Made by a program: the position numbers and the translations under genes. Below, one piece after another: positions 46,668 to 57,167 of a stretch of DNA of 64,000 nucleotides. Source of the stretch: Candidatus Hydrogenedens sp. (GTDB lineage Bacteria > Hydrogenedentota > Hydrogenedentia > Hydrogenedentales > CAITNO01). The notes beneath the pieces are model-generated. The model was not told where the DNA came from. It worked only from the letters and a program-made list of their open reading frames with translations, and searched no databases. The number at the start of each line of letters is the position of its first letter. The first letter of the stretch is position 1. Location: assembly GCA_012522755.1 (NCBI GenBank), contig JAAYJV010000113.1, positions 14,517 to 78,516 on the forward strand, given 5' to 3'.

Positions 46668-47714
46668 TCAGGACAGTCGCTTGTGGGCTTCCCGGAGAAG
46701 CGATTCTGTCAGTTCCCAATCGATGCAGGGATCTGTGACACTGCAGCCATATTGCAGATCAGCCATGTTGGCGCTCAGTTTCTGATTGCCTTCCTGGAGA
46801 TTACTCTCCATCATGACGCCGCGAATGCTTGTATTGCCTTCAAGACGCTGCTGGATCACATCGCGGAGAACATGGGCTTGCAAGCGGGGACGTTTACCGC
46901 AGTTCGCATGGCTGCAATCCACAATGATCCGGGGATCCAGACCGGCTGCCCGCATCTGATCTTCCACGGTGATGATACTGACAGGATCATAATTCGGACC
47001 GGAGCGACCGCCCCGGAGGATTACATGGCCATAGGCGTTGCCCCGGGTATGAACCACACAGGAACGCCCGGCACCGTCCACGCCCAGAAAATGGTGAGGC
47101 CGTCCGGCGGCGATCAACGCATCAATGGCACTTTGCAGGTTGCCGCCTGTATTGTTTTTAAAGCCTACAGGCATGGACAGACCGCTGGCCATTTCCCGGT
47201 GGGTCTGTGATTCGCTCGTACGGGCTCCAATGGATACCCACGACATGAGATCGGCCAGATACTGGGGGATAATGGGGTCCAATACTTCACTGGCGGCGCC
47301 CACACCCATCTCAGCCACATCCAGAAGCAGACGGCGGGCCTTGCGCAGGCCTTTTTGAATGTCATAGCTGTTGTTCATGTCCGGGTCATTGATGAGTCCC
47401 TTCCAACCCACTGTTGTGCGGGGCTTCTCAAAATATACACGCATCATGATAAAAAGCTTGTCCGCCAGTTCCTCACTCAACTTGTGAAGACGCCCGGCAT
47501 ACTCCAGAGCCGCCTTCGTATCGTGGATGGAACAGGGACCCGTAATCACAAGAAACCGTTTGTCTTTTCCCTCGAGAATAGTGGCGAGCTTCTGACGGAA
47601 TCGGGCAACCGTTTCAACGGCTCCTTCACTGAGTGGAAACTGTTCCTTCAGCTCATCCGGGGGCGGAAGGGGGGTCAGGGACAAAACATTCAGATTTTCA
47701 ACAGCGTGTTTCAT
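46668..47714 (-). CDS. aroG: 3-deoxy-7-phosphoheptulonate (DAHP) synthase, class I (AroG/F/H type)
   Basis: …LVITGPCSIHD…, …KPRTTVGWKGL…, …GARTSESQ…: class Ialpha DAHP synthase. 348 aa. Confidence 0.9.
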   Translation of the reverse strand: MKHAVENLNVLSLTPLPPPDELKEQFPLSEGAVETVARFRQKLATILEGKDKRFLVITGPCSIHDTKAALEYAGRLHKLSEELADKLFIMMRVYFEKPRTTVGWKGLINDPDMNNSYDIQKGLRKARRLLLDVAEMGVGAASEVLDPIIPQYLADLMSWVSIGARTSESQTHREMASGLSMPVGFKNNTGGNLQSAIDALIAAGRPHHFLGVDGAGRSCVVHTRGNAYGHVILRGGRSGPNYDPVSIITVEDQMRAAGLDPRIIVDCSHANCGKRPRLQAHVLRDVIQQRLEGNTSIRGVMMESNLQEGNQKLSANMADLQYGCSVTDPCIDWELTESLLREAHKRLS

Positions 47715-48085
47715 TTTCTTATTCTCTCATTTTCATCACCGCCCGAAGACCGGGATATAAGCAGGTGCATATTCATTATATCTCAGCCCTCGAGAAACCC
47801 AGTGCACTTCTTTACCCGCCTCGTCCCATGCTTCAATCCTACTCTAAAACTGAAGATAAAACAAAATAATTTCTTCTGGCTATCAGAGACCAAGGTCCTT
47901 GTATCCACTGGATCCACGCTGTCCACCGGGTCCGCTGGCTTCTCTGAGCGGATTGTGACTTTTCTTCAATGGAATAAAGAAAAAACTGTTTTTTGTTCAA
48001 TCACTAGTATGTTGATAGGAATAATCCCGTATAAGAAAGGGAAAAGTGGATATCCCTTTCCTGTCCAGACCTCAAGGTAAGCATA

Positions 48086-49531
48086 GTGAATCAGAAAAAT
48101 GTGGACATAGAACGCATCGTCCGGAAAGGCTATGAGCACGGGTGGACTACAGCCATTGAGTCCCACAGTTTTGAGAAAGGGCTCAATGAAGAAGTGATCA
48201 CCGCCCTGTCTCAGCTCAAGGAAGAACCCGACTGGATGCTGGAATGGCGGCTCAATGCCTTTCGAGGCTGGCAAAAGATGGAAATCCCCCGTTGGGCCAA
48301 ACTGGAATATGCGGATCCCGATTTTCAGGATATCTCCTATTACTCCGCTCCGAAATCAGCCGCCACGCTGAAGAGTCTGGACGAGGTGGATCCGAAATTA
48401 CTGGAAACCTTCAACAAACTGGGGATTCCTCTTGAAGAACAGAAACGCCTGAGTGGTGTAGCCGTTGATGCTGTTTTCGACAGTGTATCCGTGGCAACGA
48501 CGCACCAGAAGATTCTCAGCAGTTACGGCATTATATTCAGCCCCATTTCGGAAGCCATTCGTGATCATCCCGATCTGGTGAGGAAATATCTGGGCACTGT
48601 TGTTCCGGCTGGCGACAACTTTTATGCTGCTTTGAACTCAGCTGTATTCAGTGGCGGCTCCTTTGTGTACATTCCCGAAGGTGTCACCTGTCCCATGGAT
48701 CTGTCCACCTATTTCCGGATCAATGCCAGGGATACAGGTCAGTTTGAGCGCACTCTCATCATTGCCGATGAAGGTGCCCGTGTCAGCTATCTGGAAGGAT
48801 GCACGGCACCCAGACGGGATGAGAACCAGCTTCATGCGGCTGTCGTGGAACTCATCGCACTGGAAGATGCGTCTATCCGCTATGCCACGGTGCAGAACTG
48901 GTATTCCGGCGATGACGATGGCAAGGGCGGGATCTACAATTTTGTCACGAAACGGGGCAACTGTCTCGGTGACAATTCCCATATCTCCTGGACCCAGATA
49001 GAAACGGGCAGTGCCATCACCTGGAAATATCCCAGTTGCATTCTGAAAGGGAAAGGTTCTGTAGGCGAGTTTTATTCTGTCGCCCTGACCAAAGGAAAAC
49101 AACAGGCCGATACAGGCACCAAGATGATCCATATGGGTGCGGACACACGGAGCACGATCATCTCCAAGACCATCTCAGCGGGACAAAGCGACAGCAGCTA
49201 CCGTGGCCTTGTCCGGGTCATGCCGGGTGCGGAAAATGCACGCAACTATACCCAATGCGACAGCCTGCTCCTGGGCAATGAATGCGGTGCCCATACCTGG
49301 CCTTATATTGATGTGCGCAACTGGAGCGCCTCGGTGGAGCACGAAGCCTCCACCTCCAGGATCAGCGAAGATCAGTTGTTTTATTGTCAATCCCGGGGCA
49401 TCGATCTGGAAGATGCCATATCATTGGTGGTCAACGGATTCTGCAAAGAAGTGCTTGATCATTTGCCCATGGAATTTGCCGTGGAAGCATCGCAATTGCT
49501 AAGCGTAACCCTGGAAGGGAGTGTCGGATAA
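48086..49531 (+). CDS. sufB: Fe-S cluster assembly protein SufB
   Basis: SufB signature stretch …[26 protein letters not shown]…. 481 aa. Confidence 0.9.
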   Translation: MNQKNVDIERIVRKGYEHGWTTAIESHSFEKGLNEEVITALSQLKEEPDWMLEWRLNAFRGWQKMEIPRWAKLEYADPDFQDISYYSAPKSAATLKSLDEVDPKLLETFNKLGIPLEEQKRLSGVAVDAVFDSVSVATTHQKILSSYGIIFSPISEAIRDHPDLVRKYLGTVVPAGDNFYAALNSAVFSGGSFVYIPEGVTCPMDLSTYFRINARDTGQFERTLIIADEGARVSYLEGCTAPRRDENQLHAAVVELIALEDASIRYATVQNWYSGDDDGKGGIYNFVTKRGNCLGDNSHISWTQIETGSAITWKYPSCILKGKGSVGEFYSVALTKGKQQADTGTKMIHMGADTRSTIISKTISAGQSDSSYRGLVRVMPGAENARNYTQCDSLLLGNECGAHTWPYIDVRNWSASVEHEASTSRISEDQLFYCQSRGIDLEDAISLVVNGFCKEVLDHLPMEFAVEASQLLSVTLEGSVG

Positions 49532-50298
49532 TGCTCACCATCAATAATCTGCATGCCTCTGTCAATGACCAGCAGATTTTAAAAGGCCTGAATCTTCAGA
49601 TTGGTCCGGGAGAAGTCCATGCCATCATGGGGCCCAATGGATCAGGAAAAAGCACCTTGGCCCAGATCCTGGCCGGTCATGAAAGCTATACCGTTGACGA
49701 AGAGAAGAGCACGGTTCTTTTTGAAGGCGAGAATCTGCTTGAACTGGCTCCGGAAGAACGGGCGAGAAAGGGGCTTTTCCTCGCCTTTCAATATCCTGTG
49801 GAGATACCGGGAATTTCCAATGCGACTTTTCTGCAAACGGCTCTCAATGAGATCCGCAAGAGCAGGGGAGAGGAAGAACTGGATGCCCTGGACTTCGCCC
49901 GACTTCTCAAAGAGAAAATGGAACTTGTTGAGATGCCCGAAGATTTCAAAGACCGTTTTGTCAATTATGGATTTTCGGGAGGCGAGAAAAAGCGTAATGA
50001 GATCCTGCAACTGGCCGTACTGGAACCCCATCTGGCCATTCTTGATGAAACGGATTCGGGGCTGGATATTGATGCTTTGCGTATCGTTGCCGATGGTGTC
50101 AACAAACTGCGCACGCCCCAACGCTCCTTTGTGGTGATCACCCATTATCAGCGGCTGCTGAACTATATTCAACCGGACTTCGTGCATGTCATGTACGAAG
50201 GTTCTCTCATTCATTCCGGCGGAAAAGAACTGGCATTGAAACTGGAAGAACAGGGCTATGACTGGATCCGTCAGGCTGACGTTTCCTCCGTAAACTGA
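49531..50298 (+). CDS. sufC: Fe-S cluster assembly ATPase SufC
   Basis: GPNGSGKST (Walker A), [17 protein letters not shown]. Confidence 0.9.
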   Translation: MLTINNLHASVNDQQILKGLNLQIGPGEVHAIMGPNGSGKSTLAQILAGHESYTVDEEKSTVLFEGENLLELAPEERARKGLFLAFQYPVEIPGISNATFLQTALNEIRKSRGEEELDALDFARLLKEKMELVEMPEDFKDRFVNYGFSGGEKKRNEILQLAVLEPHLAILDETDSGLDIDALRIVADGVNKLRTPQRSFVVITHYQRLLNYIQPDFVHVMYEGSLIHSGGKELALKLEEQGYDWIRQADVSSVN

Positions 50299-50310
50299 AA
50301 TGCATTCACC

Positions 50311-51627
50311 ATGACTCTCTCTTTAAAAGATTTTTATTCTGAAGAAATAAGCACCTTCCAGAAGAATGGTGCCAGCTCCGCTTTAAAGCAGCTTTGGGCC
50401 CGGGGAAACTCCCTTTTTCAAACAATGGAATTCCCGACGCTCAAAGATGAGGCCTGGCGCAATACGAATATCAGGCCTCTTCTTGGCGAAGCTTTCGCCC
50501 GGACTGCAATGAAAGAAATCTCCGCCGAAGAAATAGAGAATACAGTCGCTTCGCTACCCATACAGGAGGAAGATTATCTGCTGGTTACCGTGAATGGGAT
50601 CTTTCATCCTGAGATATCGAGAGTGCCTGTCATAGCGGGAAGCTGCTTCGGCGGACTGCGCCGGGCACTTCAAAGCGAAGAAAGCAAGCGCATCGAAGCC
50701 CTCCTGGATTCCAGCCCACAGCCTAAGCACATCTTCACCGCTTTGAACGAAGCCTTTGTTGACGATGGCATAGTGATTTCTCTGAGCGAGGGCGTGGCCT
50801 TGCCGCACACGCTTCATGTGCTTTGCCTGAGTGCCGGGGGCGAAGAACCGCAAGCCATCCATGAACGGCTCCTGGTTGACGTCGGGCGTGATGCTTCGGC
50901 TGTTCTTGCCATCCATCATGTCACTTTGGACGACAGGGCTCCCATCTTCAAAACCTTCGTGGAAGATTACAGATTCAACAACAATGCTTCGCTGACCCGT
51001 CTGGAAAGTATCCGGGATTCTTCGTCCCTATACAGGATCGGTCACTTGTCTGTGGAACAGAAGGAAGGCACCAGGCTGGACTCTTTTTCTTTGGCTCTCG
51101 ATGGTGCCAAACTCACACGCAATGAAATAGAGGTGTCGCTTGTTGAATCCGACTGCATCTCCAATCTCTACGGCCTGGCACTCAACAGGGAAAGAAATCT
51201 GCTGGATAACGACTTGCTGATTCATCACCACGCTCCGGACTGCGAAAGCCGGATGCGCTATAAACAGATGTTGCAGGACAGCAGCCGAGGTGTCTTCACG
51301 GGAAAAATCCACGTGGATCAAACAGCCCAGAAAACAAATTCCGAACAACTGAGCGCCAATATCCTGCTGTCGCCTCAGGCAAGAATGGACGCCAAACCGC
51401 AGCTGGAAATTTATGCCGATGATGTGCGCTGCACCCATGGGGTCACTGTGGGCCGTCCTGATCCCCAACTGTTTTTTTACCTGCGCTCCCGGGGCATTGA
51501 CGCGCCTCTGGCGACGAAATTGCTCAGCTTTGCTTTTGTCGAAGATATTATCAGCGCAATCCCGGTCTGCTCTTTAAGGGAATGGTTTTCGGAAGAATTC
51601 TGGAAACGCATTCAGCTTGCAGTATGA
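50311..51627 (+). CDS. sufD: Fe-S cluster assembly protein SufD
   Basis: SufB/D-family C-terminus (…ADDVRCTHGVTVG…), located between sufC and sufS. Confidence 0.85.
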   Translation: MTLSLKDFYSEEISTFQKNGASSALKQLWARGNSLFQTMEFPTLKDEAWRNTNIRPLLGEAFARTAMKEISAEEIENTVASLPIQEEDYLLVTVNGIFHPEISRVPVIAGSCFGGLRRALQSEESKRIEALLDSSPQPKHIFTALNEAFVDDGIVISLSEGVALPHTLHVLCLSAGGEEPQAIHERLLVDVGRDASAVLAIHHVTLDDRAPIFKTFVEDYRFNNNASLTRLESIRDSSSLYRIGHLSVEQKEGTRLDSFSLALDGAKLTRNEIEVSLVESDCISNLYGLALNRERNLLDNDLLIHHHAPDCESRMRYKQMLQDSSRGVFTGKIHVDQTAQKTNSEQLSANILLSPQARMDAKPQLEIYADDVRCTHGVTVGRPDPQLFFYLRSRGIDAPLATKLLSFAFVEDIISAIPVCSLREWFSEEFWKRIQLAV

Positions 51628-52907
51628 TGAGCATCAAAATCACTACAGAACCTGTCATAGAAACGGCTTATTCCGTGTCCACAAACAGTTATCCCATTGA
51701 CACAATCCGCAAAGATTTTCCCATACTCTCCACAGAGTTACGGGGAAGGAAACTGGTTTATCTGGATAATGCGGCCACGACACAAAAGCCGCGACAGGTG
51801 ATTGAAGCTCTGACAGCCTATTATGAAAAGGAAAATGCCAACATCCATCGTGGTGTTCATTATCTGAGTGAACAGGCCACGTTGAAGTATGAACAAGCGC
51901 GGCACAAAGTCAAAGAATTCATCAAGGCCGGTGTGAACTGTGAAATCATCTTTACCAAGGGGGCTACAGAATCCATCAATCTGGTGGCTCAGAGTTATGG
52001 ACGTGCTTTTATCCGGCCCGGCGACGAAATCCTCATATCCACGCTTGAACATCACTCCAATATCGTTCCCTGGCAAATGCTCTGTCAGGAAAAAGGAGCC
52101 GTTCTTCGGGTTATTCCCATGCTGGATTCAGGTGATTTGGATATGGAAGCCTTCGACCGGCTCCTCACAGCAAAAACAAAGATCGTCGCTGTCACACAAC
52201 TTTCCAACGTTACAGGGACTCTGGTGCCTGTCAGGGAAATGTGCCGCAAAGCTCGGGACCTGGGGGCTGTAACACTTGTGGATGGCGCTCAGAGCACGCC
52301 TCATCTTCCCATTGATGTGCAGGAGATGGGCGCGGACTTCTTTGTTTTTTCCGCCCATAAGCTTTACGGACCCACGGGCGTGGGAGTGCTCTATGGCCGG
52401 GCCGAGCTCCTGGAAGCCATGCCCCCGTGGCTTGGTGGTGGCAACATGATCCGTTCTGTGAGCTTCGAGAAGACAACATACGCTGACCTGCCTGATAAAT
52501 TCGAAGCGGGAACACCAGATATCGGCGGAGTCATCGGCCTGGGTGCAGCCATTGATTATCTTCAGGATATCGGACTGGAGCGGATCTCTCAGTATGAAGA
52601 GATGCTCACAGACTACGCCTGTGCCCGTCTGGAACTGGTGGAAGGTCTTCAGATTCAGGGGAGTCCCCGGGCCCGTCGCGGAGTCATTTCCTTTACACTC
52701 GACTGTGTCCATCCTCATGACATCGGCCAATTGCTGGATCAGGACGGCATCGCCATCCGTGCCGGGCACCATTGCGCCCAACCTCTCATGCAACGTCTCG
52801 GTGTCCCGGCAACAGCACGTCTCTCTCTGGGCCTGTACAACACTGCTGAAGAAATCGACTATGTGGCTTTACGCCTTCAGCATTCAAGGAAACTCTTTTT
52901 ATCATGA
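51624..52907 (+). CDS. sufS: Cysteine desulfurase SufS
   Basis: …YLDNAATTQKP…, SAHKLYGPTG (PLP lysine), …RAGHHCAQP…. The start overlaps the sufD stop (ATGA). Confidence 0.9.
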   Translation: MMSIKITTEPVIETAYSVSTNSYPIDTIRKDFPILSTELRGRKLVYLDNAATTQKPRQVIEALTAYYEKENANIHRGVHYLSEQATLKYEQARHKVKEFIKAGVNCEIIFTKGATESINLVAQSYGRAFIRPGDEILISTLEHHSNIVPWQMLCQEKGAVLRVIPMLDSGDLDMEAFDRLLTAKTKIVAVTQLSNVTGTLVPVREMCRKARDLGAVTLVDGAQSTPHLPIDVQEMGADFFVFSAHKLYGPTGVGVLYGRAELLEAMPPWLGGGNMIRSVSFEKTTYADLPDKFEAGTPDIGGVIGLGAAIDYLQDIGLERISQYEEMLTDYACARLELVEGLQIQGSPRARRGVISFTLDCVHPHDIGQLLDQDGIAIRAGHHCAQPLMQRLGVPATARLSLGLYNTAEEIDYVALRLQHSRKLFLS

Positions 52908-53350
52908 GTGCCACCCGAAGTTTATATGAGCAAGTTATTCTGGATCATAACAGGAATCCCAGAAATTACGGGGAACCGGCTGAATCGCAGCTGCAGGTGG
53001 AAGGCGTAAACCCTCTTTGTGGTGATGCTTTCATACTCTTCGCCAACTTGGACGGAGACACACTCAGCGATATCCGCTTTTCCGGCCATGGCTGTGCCAT
53101 CTCAAAGGCCAGCGCCTCGCTCATGACTACTCTTGTCAAAGGACAAAGCAAAGAAGAGGCTCTCCGGCTCTTCCATCTTTTCCATGACATGCTGCAAAGC
53201 GATATCCAGATCCCTCTCGATGAGGAAGCTCTGGGGAAACTCATGGTTTTCGCAGGAGTCCGGGAGTATCCCATGCGCATCAAGTGTGCCATGCTGCCCT
53301 GGCATGCCCTTCATGAACTGCTTTACAAGGACACCACGATCCAAGCCTGA
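52904..53350 (+). CDS. sufU: SUF system NifU-family scaffold protein (SufU/IscU-like)
   Basis: …NPLCGDAF…GHGCAIS…: the conserved Cys ligands of SufU. Confidence 0.8.
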   Translation: MSATRSLYEQVILDHNRNPRNYGEPAESQLQVEGVNPLCGDAFILFANLDGDTLSDIRFSGHGCAISKASASLMTTLVKGQSKEEALRLFHLFHDMLQSDIQIPLDEEALGKLMVFAGVREYPMRIKCAMLPWHALHELLYKDTTIQA

Positions 53351-53379
53351 TTTTTCGAATTCCGCTGCTGCGCCTCAGC

Positions 53380-54276
53380 TCAGTCGATCTGATGAAGCCC
53401 TTCATGCATGACATAATGTTTCTTGATGGCCAGCTTCTCCATCCAGCCACGAGTCTCCACAGTCTTCCAGGGTCCCGTATCGAAGCCTTCTCCCCGGTCA
53501 TTGTCCCAGAGCCACAGAGGTGTTGTCCAAAGACAATAGCTGGGATTCACCTTCTGATAAAAGGCTTCATTCACACCACGCTGACCGTGATGTGCCATCT
53601 GCACATAGTCGGAGGGCAGAAACTCAGCCAGAGGGCTTTTCATCAGTTTGTCGCCCCCTTCCAGACCCAGATCACCTGTAAAGAGGACTGATTTGCGGGG
53701 ATCATGAACACGAAAGACCATGGAGGAATTGTTCAGCGGATTTTGCGTGAATTCGGGATTTCTGATACCCAGCACATGAAATTGCAATCCGTCAATCTCA
53801 AACTTCTGGTCCAGCTCAGCATCTTCACAGGGGAGTCCGGAATTTTTCAGGCTTTCCGTAAAGGCTTGAAAAGAAGTGAATTCGCTTTCACTGCAATGGG
53901 TCTCGACCCACTGCGCTTCCGGGAGAGAAGCCAGAACTTTATTGATCTTCGGCGCTGTGCCCTTATCCAGGAGTACACCCAGCGCATCCATATGATCAAG
54001 ATGGGGGTGGGTGATGATCCAGAGTTCCACCTCGGAAGCCCGTTCATTGATGAAATCAAGCAGATAAGGAGCGTCGCATTTCATGCCCCCGTCAATGACG
54101 ATCAGTTTTCCTCCGGGAGTCAGAATCACATAGGACATCATCTGACTGGGTCCCTGACTGGGCAACTGCCATAAGGTGAAAGTTTCACTCTTCACTGGCT
54201 CATCAGCAAAAGAGAATGAGGAAAGAAAAAGAAAGGACAGGCCCAGGGCCATACAAGCAATCCATTGAGTACGCAT
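53380..54276 (-). CDS. Secreted MBL-fold metallo-hydrolase
   Basis: Signal peptide and HPHLDHMDALG (HxHxDH). Confidence 0.75.
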   Translation of the reverse strand: MRTQWIACMALGLSFLFLSSFSFADEPVKSETFTLWQLPSQGPSQMMSYVILTPGGKLIVIDGGMKCDAPYLLDFINERASEVELWIITHPHLDHMDALGVLLDKGTAPKINKVLASLPEAQWVETHCSESEFTSFQAFTESLKNSGLPCEDAELDQKFEIDGLQFHVLGIRNPEFTQNPLNNSSMVFRVHDPRKSVLFTGDLGLEGGDKLMKSPLAEFLPSDYVQMAHHGQRGVNEAFYQKVNPSYCLWTTPLWLWDNDRGEGFDTGPWKTVETRGWMEKLAIKKHYVMHEGLHQID

Positions 54277-54504
54277 GAGAAGATCTCCAGGTTTCGGGTT
54301 ATCGGCTCATGGTAACATATCAACTTTTGCGGGTGCCATTTATTTTTTTTCACCACAGAGACACAGAGAGCACAGCCGCAACCAAATCAGCCTTTCTCTT
54401 TTAACCAGGTCAATCACTGAATACACGGGAAAACACATCTTGACCGAAGAGATGACACTGACACGACGCCCCTTAGAATCACAGATAAACACTGATGTAC
54501 ACTG

Positions 54505-55425
54505 ATAAATTAAAGACCTTGGATCGCGCAGCCTGGGAACGCCAATTTCCACATTGGCAGGACACCCGGGAAAAGATCATGCCTTATGTATGCATTTGAC
54601 GGGAGAACAAAGACTCAGAGTTTACAAAGGCTTTTATTTTATTCTTGGTTGGCAAAAGACCCGTTACCGCATCGCTGTTTACAAAATGTCAATGTCATAA
54701 CACGCTGTCTGCCAATGTGGAAATTGGCGTTCCCAGGAGTGACTCTCAACGTCTTTCAGGGCTTCCAAGGGCATTATTTGTTCGTGATTGTCGGAAGACA
54801 TTTTGCCGAATCGAGAATCTCATAATATCTTGAAAGTATATGACTTGCAGAGTCAGTAACAATAATTTCTTCGAAAAAATAATGAAAGATGACGGGTAGT
54901 AACACAGCACCGCATTGCCGCAATCAAATCAATATTTTCCTCCGCTCATCATACGCTATGTGCCAATGGGGACATTGGCGCTCCCACGATTTGCACATCC
55001 TCTGCCGGAAAGTTTTCTGAGCAATGGATTTGTTTGAGACAAGAGAGATATCATGCCGCAATCAAGTTTATAACTTCTCCAGGTCATCATACGCTGTCTG
55101 CCAATGTGGAAATTGGCGTTCCCAGGAATAAATCTCAACGGCTTTCAACGTTTCCCAAGTCATTATTTGTTCGTGATTGTCGCAAGACATTTTGCCGAAT
55201 CGAGAATCCCACAATATCTTGAAAGTATATGACTTGCAGAGTCAGTAACAATAATTTCTTCGAAAAATAATGGAAGTTGACAGGTAGTAGCACGAAGAAA
55301 GAAGAGGAAGAGGCTTATCTGTCTCCCTCCAAGTCTCTTATATCTCCTGAGCCCAACCCCCGCTGTCATTCCAATTTTTTTGCGCCTCGGCACCGGCCTC
55401 GAAGCATTCAGCCACAACAAGGCCA
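54505..55425. repeat. Composite intergenic repeat locus D (tandem duplication of the hairpin plus 100-nt module)
   Basis: Hairpin cores are at 54529-54556 (reverse), 54698-54725 (forward), 54955-54985 (variant, forward) and 55093-55120 (forward). The conserved module occurs twice (54735-54905 and 55130-55295). The distal part 55300-55425 matches 3640-3760. Confidence 0.7.
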
Positions 55426-55609
55426 AACATTTCCACATAAACAAAAGCGCTTTACCCCTGTTTGACAAGGTATAAGAAGCCTCATTATACTATCTTGCAT
55501 AGAAAGTTACACGGTCAGAACAACAGGCCGGTGTAATCCGTCAGCCCGCCAACCACCTTCAGACCGGCAAGTCTGAAAGTATCTACACTCATTTTTACAG
55601 GAGACTACA

Positions 55610-56911
55610 GTGGAAAAACTGGTCAGTTTGTGCAAAAGAAAAGGCTTCATCTTTCAATCCAGCAGTATTTACGGGGGAGTAAACGGATGCTGGGACTTCG
55701 GTCCGCTGGGAGTGGAGCTCAAACGCAACCTCAAAGAACACTGGTGGTACAGATTTGTGCTCTCCCGTGATGACATGGTGGGACTCGATGCCAGCATTCT
55801 CATGCATCCCCGAGTCTGGGAGGCCAGCGGTCACATAGAGCAGTTTCACGACATTCTAGTAGACTGTAAAGAGTGCAAAAAGCGCTTTCGTGAAGACCAT
55901 CTGGAACAGGATAGCTGCCCTGAATGCGGCGGTGAGCTTTCCGAACCCAGAGCCTTCAACAGCATGTTGAAAACAAAAATGGGCGTAAGCGAAGAGACAG
56001 GCGTCGAAACTTACCTGCGCCCTGAAACCTGCCAGTCCATCTTTGTCGACTTCAAAGACGTGTGCACCTCCACGAGAGTGAAAATTCCTTTCGGAATCGC
56101 ACAGATGGGAAAAAGCTTCCGAAACGAAGTCAATCCCCGCAACTTTATTTTCCGAAGCCGCGAATTCGAGCAGATGGAAATTGAATTTTTCTGCAGGGAA
56201 GAAGAAGAAGAACTGTGGTTTGATCGGTGGAAAGACGATATCTGGCAATGGTATCTGGATATTGGAATCAGAGAAGAAAAACTCCGCTGGTTTGAGCATC
56301 CCAAGGAAACGCTGGCACATTATTCCAAACGTACCATAGACGTTGAATATGAATACCCTTTCGGCTGGGGCGAATTGCAGGGACTCGCCAATCGCGGCGC
56401 TTATGACCTGACCCAGCACAGCCAGTTTTCCGGCAAAGACCTGAGCTATTTCGATGCCGATCTCAAAGAACGCTATTTCCCCTCTGTCATTGAGCCCTCC
56501 GCAGGAGCGGACAGAACAGTCCTGGCCGTGCTCTGCGATGCCTATGCGGAAGAAACGGTCAAAGAGGAACAGCGCGTGATCATGCGATTCCATCCCCAGC
56601 TGGCCCCCATCAAAGCGGCCATACTTCCTCTGGTGAAAAAAGATGGACTGGCTGAAATCGCAGGTGATCTGGAGAAAAAGTGGAGAAGCTTCTTTACCAC
56701 TTATTATGATCAGGCCGGGGCTATAGGAAGACGGTATCGCCGCATGGATGAAATCGGAACCCCCTTCTGTATCTGCGTGGACTATGAAACCAAAGAAAAT
56801 GATACGGTTACAGTCCGTGAGCGGGACAGCATGGAACAAGTGCGTATGCCTGTTTCTGAAGTGCCCGCCTATATCCTCAAACAATGCTCCATCAGGCCGG
56901 TCTGCTGTTAG
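55610..56911 (+). CDS. glyQS: Glycine--tRNA ligase (class II, dimeric GlyQS type)
   Basis: …FQSSSIYGGVNGCWDFGPLG… and class II aaRS motifs. GTG start, preceded by ACAGGAG. Confidence 0.9.
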   Translation: MEKLVSLCKRKGFIFQSSSIYGGVNGCWDFGPLGVELKRNLKEHWWYRFVLSRDDMVGLDASILMHPRVWEASGHIEQFHDILVDCKECKKRFREDHLEQDSCPECGGELSEPRAFNSMLKTKMGVSEETGVETYLRPETCQSIFVDFKDVCTSTRVKIPFGIAQMGKSFRNEVNPRNFIFRSREFEQMEIEFFCREEEEELWFDRWKDDIWQWYLDIGIREEKLRWFEHPKETLAHYSKRTIDVEYEYPFGWGELQGLANRGAYDLTQHSQFSGKDLSYFDADLKERYFPSVIEPSAGADRTVLAVLCDAYAEETVKEEQRVIMRFHPQLAPIKAAILPLVKKDGLAEIAGDLEKKWRSFFTTYYDQAGAIGRRYRRMDEIGTPFCICVDYETKENDTVTVRERDSMEQVRMPVSEVPAYILKQCSIRPVCC

Positions 56912-57167
56912 TGGACCCTGATTCACGACCGGAATATATATGTTTCCCCAAGCAGATATAAAAAAGGTGCACCGTCCGCCAAAAGGGTGGGGCATGCGTG
57001 TTTGTGGGTGGCAGCGAACGGTGCACACATCGGGATCGAAGAGTCAAACTGACTCATGATGTCTATTATGAGTAAACCAGTAGGTATACTACTATATTCC
57101 CAGGACAAGGTCAAATAAACCTGTTTCTCACCGAAAATAAGATGAGCATGCGAAAAAGCGACATATT

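Noticed and set aside
56912-57167. Structured 256-nt intergenic region after glyQS (long-range pairing GGTGCACCGT…ACGGTGCACC)
   Set aside because: There is no T-run for a terminator and no match to an RNA family I can recognise. It may just be a promoter or UTR for the downstream membrane protein, so it is left unannotated.
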